Shown here piece after piece: positions 1-7,913 of a stretch of DNA of 64,000 nucleotides. The first letter of the stretch is position 1. The number at the start of each line of letters is the position of its first letter. Origin of the DNA: a virus (lineage: Duplodnaviria > Caudoviricetes). The position numbers and the translations under genes are program-made. Under the pieces are notes generated by a model. It was not told where the DNA came from. It saw nothing but the letters and a program-made list of their open reading frames with translations, and searched no databases. The stretch lies in the IMG/VR virus record IMGVR_UViG_3300031867_000008, positions 1-64,000 of that record. One strand, written 5' to 3'.

Positions 1-330
1 TCATAGCCGCCTGTCTTACACGCCAATCGTCGTCTTTCAGACCTCTCTCGATGATGTCAAGGGGAACTTCACGTCCGTTGCAAGCGTTCATAGCCGCCTG
101 TCTTACACGCCAATCGCCGTCTTTCAGCCACTTTTCGATGATGTCAAGGGGAACTTCACGTCCGTTGCAAGCGTTCATAGCCGCCTGTCTTACACGCCAA
201 TCGCCGTCTTTCAGCCACTTTTCGATGATGTCAAGGGGAACTTCACGTCCGTTGCAAGCGTTCATAGCCGCCTGTCTTACATTGCAGTCCTCGTCTTTCA
301 GACCTCTCTCGATGATGTCAAGGGGAAGAT
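1..330. repeat. 87-bp tandem repeat, about 3.7 copies visible
   Basis: TCATAGCCGCCTGTCTTACA recurs at 1, 88, 175, 262. Confidence 0.95.
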
Positions 331-361
331 TCTTGATCTGTCTTAAAGTTTTCATTTTCAT
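1..361 (-). CDS. HEAT/LRV-like tandem-repeat protein (runs off window start)
   Basis: Minus-strand translation MKMKTLRQIKNLPLDIIERGLKDEDCNVRQAAMNACNGREVPLDIIEKWLKDGDWRVRQAAM...; 29-aa repeat with L-x-D-x-D-x-x-V-R-x-A-A HEAT pattern; GGAGGT RBS 8 nt upstream of ATG at 361. Confidence 0.8.
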   Translation of the reverse strand, partial: MKMKTLRQIKNLPLDIIERGLKDEDCNVRQAAMNACNGREVPLDIIEKWLKDGDWRVRQAAMNACNGREVPLDIIEKWLKDGDWRVRQAAMNACNGREVPLDIIERGLKDDDWRVRQAAM

Positions 362-401
362 TTATTTTTACCTCCGTTTATAAAAACTTGCTTTTATTCG
401 T

Positions 402-578
402 TCAGTTTGCCGTTAATGTTATTGTGTAATTATTCTCTTTTTTACATAAGTTGTTTAACTTTGATAGCAGTTCATCGAGACGTTTCTTGTCAACGTCTGT
501 TATAATATCATCAGCCTTGTAATCGAGCAGTGCTATTATTAAATACTGTATATCAAAGGTGTGCAATTTAAACTCCAT
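402..578 (-). CDS. small hypothetical early protein
   Basis: ORF track 402..602; AAGGA RBS favours the ATG at 578. Confidence 0.6.
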   Translation of the reverse strand: MEFKLHTFDIQYLIIALLDYKADDIITDVDKKRLDELLSKLNNLCKKENNYTITLTAN

Positions 579-628
579 AGCGTTATCCTTTCTCCCCGTC
601 ATGCCGTTAGGTCAGCTTATGTATAAAT

Positions 629-955
629 TTATCTAATAAGATGCATAATTTCTTTATCGGTACATATCCGTTTATACCAGCTATCATTGTTACAGCCATA
701 AATGCGAGCTTGAGTTACACCAAGAGCGGCACCAAACATACCAACCATAAAACTGAGACTACTTTTATTTGTCTCGTTGTTGAAAAACTTTTCCGTTCCT
801 GTTTCAGACTGAGAAACCAAAAAATAATAATGTAATTCACCTTTGCTCACTTTATAAGATGATAGCTTTTCAATAGCAGTCTGTTCATTTTTGGCATTGA
901 CTGTAATTGTTACGTCCTTTCCCTTGAATGTTTCACATTTGAAAGTATAGTACAT
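629..955 (-). CDS. hypothetical early protein
   Basis: ORF with GAGGTG RBS in the co-oriented leftward array. Confidence 0.65.
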   Translation of the reverse strand: MYYTFKCETFKGKDVTITVNAKNEQTAIEKLSSYKVSKGELHYYFLVSQSETGTEKFFNNETNKSSLSFMVGMFGAALGVTQARIYGCNNDSWYKRICTDKEIMHLIR

Positions 956-1013
956 CAAACCACCTCTAAAACTAATCTTTTATTTGGATTCCTACACTAT
1001 ATATAGTAGCGTA

Positions 1014-1739
1014 TTAAAATTCGTGATCGTAATAGTAGCGTTCATAATCCGCTTTAGCTTTAGCGTATGCCTTCTTGCGAACGTCATTCCAGCCCATTCC
1101 ATTAAGCACAGTGGCAGCAGCTTCATCGTATCTTCCACCATAGATACATTCATAGTTTGAAAATTCATAGCGAAAAGCTTTATACCAATAATCGAAGTTG
1201 TTCTCCATATCCTCTTTTGCCTTTTCTATCTGCTTTTCCAATTCAATACAGTGTTTGCAGAAGTCCTCCGATTCATAGTAGCCAAAGCAAACAGGATTGT
1301 AGAATAAGCCCTTGACTTTTTCTGCAAACGCTTCTCTTTCCGCATCACTATGAAAAATCTGAAATTGGCTCTCATGCGGTTCATGATCTCCATAGTAATT
1401 ATGCAAATAATACTGTCTACTCTGATAATCTCCGTAATCTTTCAGCGGTTCAGCGAGTTCCTTTTCTGTATAGAGCTTGTTTTTCAGGCACTTGATATAC
1501 CATTCTTTCAACTCATCGTGAGTTTTTCCGGAATGGTGCAGCTCATAGTCTCCTGCATAGCGAATCAGCTTGCCTTCCCAAAAGACTACGCACGAATAGC
1601 CGAAAGCATCCGAGAAGTCAATGAAGTAAACGTCATGACCTTTGATTATGGTGTGTTCGCTTGCCATTTCAAGAGCTTTGTTTTCCGTAATGTTTTCAAT
1701 GTCCTTGATCGTCCATTTCTTTTCGTTTGTGTTATTCAT
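1014..1739 (-). CDS. hypothetical early protein (241 aa)
   Basis: Long ORF with GGAGG RBS. Confidence 0.75.
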   Translation of the reverse strand: MNNTNEKKWTIKDIENITENKALEMASEHTIIKGHDVYFIDFSDAFGYSCVVFWEGKLIRYAGDYELHHSGKTHDELKEWYIKCLKNKLYTEKELAEPLKDYGDYQSRQYYLHNYYGDHEPHESQFQIFHSDAEREAFAEKVKGLFYNPVCFGYYESEDFCKHCIELEKQIEKAKEDMENNFDYWYKAFRYEFSNYECIYGGRYDEAAATVLNGMGWNDVRKKAYAKAKADYERYYYDHEF

Positions 1740-1759
1740 AGTTCATTCCTCCGTTTTAA

Positions 1760-1963
1760 TTACTTGTCAATAATGCACACCAGTTCTCCATTGATAAATA
1801 TATGTGATTCCTTGTGGCTTGCCGTCCATGACACTATTTTAAATTCGTATGTATCGCCATTATCCCAAACATATTTTGCATAGTTGTCCTCGTTATGTAC
1901 AAGTCTATGCGGCTTTGTTAAGCGTTTTATGCACCATACATCAACTTCCTTTTTCGTCATCAT
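1760..1963 (-). CDS. small hypothetical early protein
   Basis: GGAGGT RBS before ATG at 1963 (track ORF 1760..2023 over-extended). Confidence 0.6.
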   Translation of the reverse strand: MMTKKEVDVWCIKRLTKPHRLVHNEDNYAKYVWDNGDTYEFKIVSWTASHKESHIFINGELVCIIDK

Positions 1964-1977
1964 AGTTATACCTCCAT

Positions 1978-2211
1978 TCAAATACACACCAAACACTTGA
2001 CAGCGTTCAGATCGTTTCTCCATACGATGTTTTCACACCAATTTCCGCAAGGGAGCTTATAATCAAAACTCCACAAATAGCAACCGAGATCGTTGTGATA
2101 GATCGACTGATTAACAATCGTTTCCGTTATCTCTTTTCTGATTCTTTTTCTATCAGTGCATTTGTTCATCTGATAGTCCTTGAATGAAATAACTATTTTC
2201 AGTTTATCCAT
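1978..2211 (-). CDS. small hypothetical early protein
   Basis: AAGGAGTG RBS, packed in array. Confidence 0.65.
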   Translation of the reverse strand: MDKLKIVISFKDYQMNKCTDRKRIRKEITETIVNQSIYHNDLGCYLWSFDYKLPCGNWCENIVWRNDLNAVKCLVCI

Positions 2212-2227
2212 TGTTTAACACTCCTTT

Positions 2228-2548
2228 TCATTCCACTCTGTCATGTATCGGTAACGGATAGTCAAACGGAAAACGACTGTCCGAAGAATAAGCAAAGTTG
2301 CCGCCCATCATAGACCATTTTCCGCTGTTTACAAGATAGTGTGGTACCAACCTTGTATACTGTTTTCCGAATACTTCCCTTGTCTTTATTTCACAAAAGT
2401 TTTCAGGCAGATTTTCAGTATCAAGTGTGATATATCCGTCCTCACACTCTATGAGTACTTCATTATAGCGGCTTGATAAACCACCGTTTGTGCAGTCGCT
2501 GTAACGTTCCGTTTTAAAGACGTTTAATCCAATAGCTTTAATCTTCAT
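2228..2548 (-). CDS. hypothetical early protein (106 aa)
   Basis: AAGGAGTG RBS; C-terminal WSMMGGNFAYSSDSRF-x-PIHDR motif. Confidence 0.75.
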   Translation of the reverse strand: MKIKAIGLNVFKTERYSDCTNGGLSSRYNEVLIECEDGYITLDTENLPENFCEIKTREVFGKQYTRLVPHYLVNSGKWSMMGGNFAYSSDSRFPFDYPLPIHDRVE

Positions 2549-2553
2549 AGTTC

Positions 2554-2665
2554 AACACTCCTTTTCAATTCACTCTATCATGTATCGGTAACGGATAATC
2601 AAACGGAAAACGACTGTCCGAAGAATAGGCGAAGTTACCGCCCATCATATACCATTTTCCGCTGT
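2554..2665 (-). pseudogene. diverged second copy of the 3' end of the 2228..2548 gene plus downstream RBS
   Basis: Near-identical to about 2217-2330; encodes SGKWYMMGGNFAYSSDSRFPFDYPLPIHDRVN but is closed upstream by an in-frame TGA. Confidence 0.75.
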
Positions 2666-2753
2666 CTTTCAAATGGTCAGCACTTAATCCTCATGTGGAT
2701 TCATGCCGATATATGCGGATTTTTCGGCAATCCGCAAGCCGTGAATTGGAAGG

Positions 2754-3233
2754 TTAGTAGAAGTCAAACATTGTTTCATTGAGATATGATATTTCATTAT
2801 CGACAATATCATATATTTCATTTATGGCTTCCTCAAATGTTGGATTTGCATAAAAATCTATCTTGTTATTAACAAATGCAGCGGCTATTTCAGAGATAGT
2901 ATTATTTCCGTCTGCATTTCCATAGAAATGATGCCGATGAGGAATATTATCCTTATTCAAACTAACACCTATACCACCTTCATCATCATCAGCCCATGTG
3001 AAAAAATATAATGGCTGTTTTTCCATTTTCATGATATTGGTATCGGTAAAACCTTTTGTACATAAAATAGCAGAAATTTCCTCTTTACTTGAAGCTATCA
3101 CATAGAGCATAGATGTAGCGTTTACTACTTCCTCTCTAACAGGTGTCCTTCTATGAAGAATATCCCAAGAATTAACATATTTCTTTGAATGAGAAAATGT
3201 TACCTTATAGACTTTTTCGTTACCTTTAGGCAT
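2754..3233 (-). CDS. hypothetical early protein (159 aa)
   Basis: ORF with AAGGAGTG RBS. Confidence 0.7.
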   Translation of the reverse strand: MPKGNEKVYKVTFSHSKKYVNSWDILHRRTPVREEVVNATSMLYVIASSKEEISAILCTKGFTDTNIMKMEKQPLYFFTWADDDEGGIGVSLNKDNIPHRHHFYGNADGNNTISEIAAAFVNNKIDFYANPTFEEAINEIYDIVDNEISYLNETMFDFY

Positions 3234-3370
3234 TTGTCAACACTCCTTTTCAAATCAAAAAACCTTTTCCGTACATTATGTAAATATGGTTCACTCCGCA
3301 CAGCTCATGCACTGTTTAGAGTGATGACAGCGGATTGATTGAAGGCTCAATCCGTAAAGCCTTTATGTAA

Positions 3371-3562
3371 TCAATCTTCTATTCCGCAGAGTTCGTTATA
3401 TCTTTTCTCCGAAAGAAATTCCCATGAATGTATAACGTGATCGCTATGTACATTCTTTGTCAGCTTCCGCACATCGTCCCAGAACGTTTCTTTGTTTGTC
3501 AGTGCGTTCAGCTTGTCTATCCGCTTCATTTCTGATTTGTTTTCAGCAAGTCTGTAATCCAT
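3371..3562 (-). CDS. small hypothetical early protein
   Basis: ORF with GGAGTG RBS. Confidence 0.6.
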   Translation of the reverse strand: MDYRLAENKSEMKRIDKLNALTNKETFWDDVRKLTKNVHSDHVIHSWEFLSEKRYNELCGIED

Positions 3563-3568
3563 TTTCTT

Positions 3569-3772
3569 TCACTCCCTCCAAAAACTCTCTATTTCATCTT
3601 CCGTTATTTCATACGGCAAACAGCTATTTATTGCCGCAAGAGTTCTCTCTTTGTCTCCCTCAAACGTTTCTGTAAGAAACTGTAAAAGATTTTCAAACAG
3701 TTCCATTACAAACATATTGGTGAAAGCATATTCCGAGTGAATGTAGTTTATAAAGTTTTCCGATTCAAACAT
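3569..3772 (-). CDS. small acidic hypothetical protein
   Basis: ORF coupled (TAATG) to upstream gene, GGAGG RBS. Confidence 0.65.
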   Translation of the reverse strand: MFESENFINYIHSEYAFTNMFVMELFENLLQFLTETFEGDKERTLAAINSCLPYEITEDEIESFWRE

Positions 3773-4350
3773 TACAATTCCTCCTTCACACTATAAGACC
3801 CGATTGAAAATCCGACATTGTGAAATACGAAGTCAGGCTTTTCAACTCCACCAGCGACAAAATATTTACTTGACGTTTCCGATAGCAGATGATTTTTATT
3901 TCCGTCTCTGCAATAATTTCTTATTGAGCAATGCAGACCCGTTTCTTGAATGGTAGTTCTTTCTCTGTCAACCTCAATCACGGCATAGAACCAACCCTGA
4001 AAATGATCCGACTTTCTTACAAACTCAACATCAATTACATGATAAGGTTTAAGACCCTTTTCCGCAGCTACTTTGTTATCTTCTATTTCCATTTCACGAA
4101 GAATAGACACTATAGCATTTCTCCGAGAATAGAAACCTTCATAGATATTCACCTTATCTTCTAACTCTTTGTCGAAGTATTTCATTCCGTTTGATATGTA
4201 AAACTGATAACCATTATCGAATTTAACGGAATAGTCCGAAGTTCCCGCCCATTTACCAGAGCATGAAGAACCAACCTTTTCACCTTTGTGCGCTCCGAAA
4301 AGTGCCGCAAGGTGATTCATTCTTGTATGTCTCAGTTCCGTTTTATTCAT
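3772..4350 (-). CDS. hypothetical early protein (192 aa)
   Basis: Long ORF, AAGGAGTG RBS. Confidence 0.75.
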   Translation of the reverse strand: MNKTELRHTRMNHLAALFGAHKGEKVGSSCSGKWAGTSDYSVKFDNGYQFYISNGMKYFDKELEDKVNIYEGFYSRRNAIVSILREMEIEDNKVAAEKGLKPYHVIDVEFVRKSDHFQGWFYAVIEVDRERTTIQETGLHCSIRNYCRDGNKNHLLSETSSKYFVAGGVEKPDFVFHNVGFSIGSYSVKEEL

Positions 4351-4354
4351 AGTT

Positions 4355-4519
4355 TTACACTCCTTTTCCGTTTGTCAACAGATTGAGAACTGCCGTAAAG
4401 TCGGTAGTATCTTCAAATCCCTTGACGTATTTTCCGTATCTTCCACAGCATACACACCAATGATCGCCATTGAATTTGTATGCTGTCATTCCGTTCATAG
4501 ATATAACAGTTTTGTCTAT
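4355..4519 (-). CDS. small hypothetical protein, probable ATA start (first ATG at 4498)
   Basis: Below track threshold; GGAGG RBS 7 nt from in-frame ATA at 4519; stop overlaps RBS of next gene. Confidence 0.45.
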   Translation of the reverse strand: MDKTVISMNGMTAYKFNGDHWCVCCGRYGKYVKGFEDTTDFTAVLNLLTNGKGV

Positions 4520-4675
4520 GTTAAAACCTCCATTTCAATCATAGCCCCAGAACGTTCTATAATGCGTTCTATCGGCTTTCCGTCCGTTTACGTATAATTT
4601 CAAGAGCTTATCAAACAAGCCCTCACGCAAGCCCTCAGACACATTTATAAATGTTTCCGAAAGCCGCGTCAAGGT

Positions 4676-4873
4676 TTATTTATTATCCTTTACAGCCTTT
4701 TCCGCTTCATGCCATATGATATTGGCACGTTCTCCGCGAATACCGCAACAATGCCAGCCTCCACGCCAGCCGCCACACATGAGAGTGAAACAAGCGTTTG
4801 TGTATGCGATTTGTTCCCTGTTGTCCTCGAACCTTTTCTTAACATTTTGTATTGTTCCGTATGCTACTTTCAT
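4676..4873 (-). CDS. small hypothetical early protein
   Basis: ORF with AAGGAGTG RBS. Confidence 0.6.
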   Translation of the reverse strand: MKVAYGTIQNVKKRFEDNREQIAYTNACFTLMCGGWRGGWHCCGIRGERANIIWHEAEKAVKDNK

Positions 4874-5047
4874 TCAAATCACTCCTTCCAACACTTCATT
4901 GATATATTTTTTTGTCATTCTCCGAAACCCCGTGTAAAAGAGTTTTCCGCAGATTTCTTGATTGACAGCGTAGTGACCGCAGTTATAACGCTTGATAATC
5001 CACACTTTATGCGAATTATACTTATCTGTTATTCTCCTAATCGTCAT
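4874..5047 (-). CDS. small hypothetical protein (57 aa)
   Basis: Hand translation MTIRRITDKYNSHKVWIIKRYNCGHYAVNQEICGKLFYTGFRRMTKKYINEVLEGVI; AAGGTG RBS; abuts next gene. Confidence 0.6.
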   Translation of the reverse strand: MTIRRITDKYNSHKVWIIKRYNCGHYAVNQEICGKLFYTGFRRMTKKYINEVLEGVI

Positions 5048-5152
5048 TCAAATCACACCTTTTAATTATATTTCCGTTTTGTTGTCTCTTTTCTTTTGTC
5101 CTACACATTTCATTTTCAACAGTCATTCACGCATTTACGCCTTTATGTTTTC

Positions 5153-5180
5153 TATTATACCATTTTTGCGGTATAAGTCA
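5153..5180 (-). promoter_or_regulatory. sigma-A-type leftward promoter
   Basis: TTGACT-16 nt-TATAAT with TG extension on minus strand. Confidence 0.65.
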
Positions 5181-5286
5181 ATGAACATTCTGTAAATTTT
5201 CAACAGTCATTCAGGATTCAATGACACAGTTTGTTCATTGACTTTTTCCGCATAGTTTAGAAATTAGAATTGGTTGAGATCGTTTG

Positions 5287-5754
5287 TTATTCGTTATCTT
5301 CCGTTTCCATGTAGTCATCAACAAATAAACGTCTATATGCCCTATCCATTACCAGATGCCCGAGCATATACCCATTTACTTCATGCACTCCGTTAAAATA
5401 GTACAGATCAGCACTTTCAAGCATAGTGCTTACAGTGCCTTCAATTAGATAGCACATTCCGCTAATATATTGCCATGTGAATGCGTTATCCTTGATATAG
5501 TAGGCTATTTCTTTCAGTCCATTATACACCAAGGTGCAAACCATTTCAAAAATCGGCTTGAAACGATTATCACGCCAGTAAACACAACCGCAGTTTTCCT
5601 TGTTGATGATTTCCATGAATGCTTCCGAGGCTGTTGTGTTAGCAACGGATAAACACACCTGATTCCTTGCAGCGTTCCATTCGTCACAGTCCGCAGCTGT
5701 TCGGGTTTTGTCGGATCCCATGTAGATCTCATACAGTTTTTCATATTTTGTCAT
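5287..5754 (-). CDS. hypothetical early protein (155 aa)
   Basis: ORF with AGGAGG RBS. Confidence 0.7.
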   Translation of the reverse strand: MTKYEKLYEIYMGSDKTRTAADCDEWNAARNQVCLSVANTTASEAFMEIINKENCGCVYWRDNRFKPIFEMVCTLVYNGLKEIAYYIKDNAFTWQYISGMCYLIEGTVSTMLESADLYYFNGVHEVNGYMLGHLVMDRAYRRLFVDDYMETEDNE

Positions 5755-5799
5755 AGCTTTATCCTCCTGTTATGTTTTCTAAATCTTTTTTCGATGAAT

Positions 5800-5864
5800 G
5801 CTGTCATCGTCAGACACCGAACACAACTCCGGCATGACAGCAGAGCAAACTCCGCTGTTTCGAC
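5800..5864 (-). ncRNA. type II hammerhead ribozyme
   Basis: Minus strand GTC-GAAA-CAGCGGAG(tttg)CTCTGCTG-TC/ATGCCGGA(gttgtg)TTCGGTGT-CTGACGA-TGAC-AGC; core CUGANGA/GAAA/GUC with all three stems; loop I can pair with the 3' tail. Confidence 0.8.
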
Positions 5865-5870
5865 TTTTCA

Positions 5871-6422
5871 TCAAATCAAATATTCCACTTTGAGTTTACC
5901 GCCACAAGCACTATGAGTATATCTTGACGGATTTTTCGCTGCTCCGCTTAAACGTGCATACTTCTTGCAGATTTTTCCGCATTTTTCGCATACAAGAGCG
6001 TATTTTTTCGACACTCTCATTTCCGCTATTGATTCCGCACATACTCCTTCACTTTCAAAACTTGCAGTTCTTGTTATGTGATATTCAGGATAATGCTTTT
6101 CAATTATAGCTGCATAAGCCTTCCACTTCTTGCCGTGATTCATACAGCCGTCTATGGTGTGCAAAAGTTCATGAAGTATCGTATTCATGATTGTGTTATA
6201 CGGATTTTCTGCATTAAGCAACGCAGAATTGATCGTGATAAAAAAGTCAGCCTGTCCGATACAGTCACGCTTTACCTTGCAATAGCCATATTTTCCAGTC
6301 ATTTTCTTTTCAGAAATATGAATGTCAGCCCAGCAGCCTTCACCGAGATCGTTAAGGATTCCGCAATTTTCACAAATGTCAATAGCTTCTCCATAGAGTT
6401 CACCAAGATCATATTTTTTCAT
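5871..6422 (-). CDS. SprT-like zinc metalloprotease
   Basis: HELLH zincin motif, downstream HGKKW, C-terminal CxxC...C zinc ribbon. Confidence 0.85.
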   Translation of the reverse strand: MKKYDLGELYGEAIDICENCGILNDLGEGCWADIHISEKKMTGKYGYCKVKRDCIGQADFFITINSALLNAENPYNTIMNTILHELLHTIDGCMNHGKKWKAYAAIIEKHYPEYHITRTASFESEGVCAESIAEMRVSKKYALVCEKCGKICKKYARLSGAAKNPSRYTHSACGGKLKVEYLI

Positions 6423-6549
6423 TCTGAAATACCTCCTATTATTTTCTAAACCTTTTAAGCACCGACTTACTTTAGATATAGCCGAGTAGCTTTAACAGCC
6501 GCCCACGTTTCCGCAGGCGTGCTGCCTATCAGCGTTATGCTTTTTCCGT

Positions 6550-6738
6550 TTAGTCGTCAATATCACCTATGCAGCAGCCTTCCACATAGTCAAAATAATC
6601 ATCGTTTCCGAGTAAACCTCTTTTTGTTGCAGGCGCATATTTCGGGTAACCTCCATTGCAATCAAAGCAAATATCCATAAGCGCGCAGCCGTTTTCACCG
6701 TTGATTATCTCAACACCACACTTTGAACAACATTTCAT
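6550..6738 (-). CDS. small Cys-rich (zinc-binding) protein
   Basis: GGAGGT RBS before ATG at 6738; CSKC and CFDC motifs. Confidence 0.65.
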   Translation of the reverse strand: MKCCSKCGVEIINGENGCALMDICFDCNGGYPKYAPATKRGLLGNDDYFDYVEGCCIGDIDD

Positions 6739-6757
6739 GATTAAATACCTCCAATTA

Positions 6758-6961
6758 TTAGTAAACCATTTCGGCTGCTTCCACATCAAACCAATAGCCG
6801 TCATCGTCAAGGCAAAAGCCCTCAACACCATTTTCGTAGCCTTCACGACAATCAGCTTCATCGTTGACATCCCAACCAGCGCAATACATCGCTTCCGCAA
6901 TTGTCATGCTTCTGTTTGTGATGATGTTCGCAATTTCTTTACCGTTTACCATGATTTTCAT
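6758..6961 (-). CDS. small acidic hypothetical protein
   Basis: ORF with AAAGGTAG RBS. Confidence 0.65.
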   Translation of the reverse strand: MKIMVNGKEIANIITNRSMTIAEAMYCAGWDVNDEADCREGYENGVEGFCLDDDGYWFDVEAAEMVY

Positions 6962-7077
6962 AATAACACTACCTTTCGTTTTTCTAAACCTTTTCCGAGA
7001 TCGTTAAATAAATGACCTCAAATCAGCACAAAATCCGCAGATTTTCCGCTTTATGCAGATTTTGCACTGTTTTCGGA

Positions 7078-7413
7078 TCACTTCAAGGTGATAGTTACCT
7101 TTTTACCGATCATCTCCGCAGCAGATACCCTTTTCACGGGCTTGATTTTTTCAACTTGTGAAGTGCTGAAAAATGCAGCCGTTTTCATGAACATTCTTGT
7201 ATCTTCCGCAGTTTCGCCGTTTTCAAGCGTGATCTGTTTTGTGGTATGCTTCCAGATCGTCAGCTTTGTGACAGCTTTTTCACCACGCTTTACAGCATAG
7301 CCGAGGGACTTCCACTTCTGAAAAGTATGTATTTCCTCAGTTGGTGAGATCGTCCCAGCGTTGATAAGTTCCGCAGTCGCTAAAGCAACTATTTCAACAT
7401 TCTTAATTGTCAT
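7078..7413 (-). CDS. ArdC N-terminal-like ssDNA-binding protein
   Basis: IHTFQKWKSLGYAVKRGEKA...F-x-x-S-Q-V motif typical of ArdC-N domains. Confidence 0.7.
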   Translation of the reverse strand: MTIKNVEIVALATAELINAGTISPTEEIHTFQKWKSLGYAVKRGEKAVTKLTIWKHTTKQITLENGETAEDTRMFMKTAAFFSTSQVEKIKPVKRVSAAEMIGKKVTITLK

Positions 7414-7469
7414 AATATACACGTCCTTCCATTTCTAAACCTTTTTTACAGCTCATGAGAGCTTAAACC

Positions 7470-7512
7470 ACGTCCGGGGATCGAACCCGTTAAACCTTCC
7501 ACCAAGGAACGC
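7470..7512 (-). ncRNA. minimal tRNA-like element without anticodon arm
   Basis: GCGTTC/GGACGT acceptor-like stem, CTT-GGTGG-AAG D-like arm, CGGG-TTCGATC-CCCG T-arm. Confidence 0.5.
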
Positions 7513-7523
7513 AGTTAGAACAT

Positions 7524-7844
7524 TTACACAGCCTTGATATACAGATCGTTATATAAATTATATCTGCATACTTCATTGAGGAACATTTCAACGCCGTTTT
7601 CGCCCTCAAAATGACCGCGAGCAATTCCGTTTGAAAAATATGCTATGCGCCATTTATCACCGAACACAAAACCTATATATTTATAGGTAATATGTTTAAA
7701 GTGAATAGTGATCTGAAAGCCGTTGAAAGTATCGGCTATTTCAGAAATAGCATTTTTCAAGCATTCATCGGCTGCATCGGTATCAATGAAGAATAGAGCA
7801 TCACTATTTCCACAATATCCACGAGCTTTTATAACTTTTGTCAT
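7524..7844 (-). CDS. hypothetical early protein
   Basis: ORF with AGGTG RBS. Confidence 0.65.
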   Translation of the reverse strand: MTKVIKARGYCGNSDALFFIDTDAADECLKNAISEIADTFNGFQITIHFKHITYKYIGFVFGDKWRIAYFSNGIARGHFEGENGVEMFLNEVCRYNLYNDLYIKAV

Positions 7845-7913
7845 AATATACACCTATCCTTTACTTTACAATTTGAGATCGTATTTTTTACAATCCCGAC
7901 AAAGCGAGATTTG

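Noticed and set aside
51-383. Plus-strand repetitive 110-aa ORF
   Set aside because: Antisense shadow of the minus-strand HEAT-like gene, which has the RBS and matches local gene orientation
4874-5047. Frameshifted pseudogene
   Set aside because: Recount of the C run at 4928-4931 shows an intact 57-aa frame
6457-6540. Hatchet, pistol or twister ribozyme
   Set aside because: Only short resemblance (GGCTATATCTA); required helices and conserved cores could not be built by eye, so left unassigned
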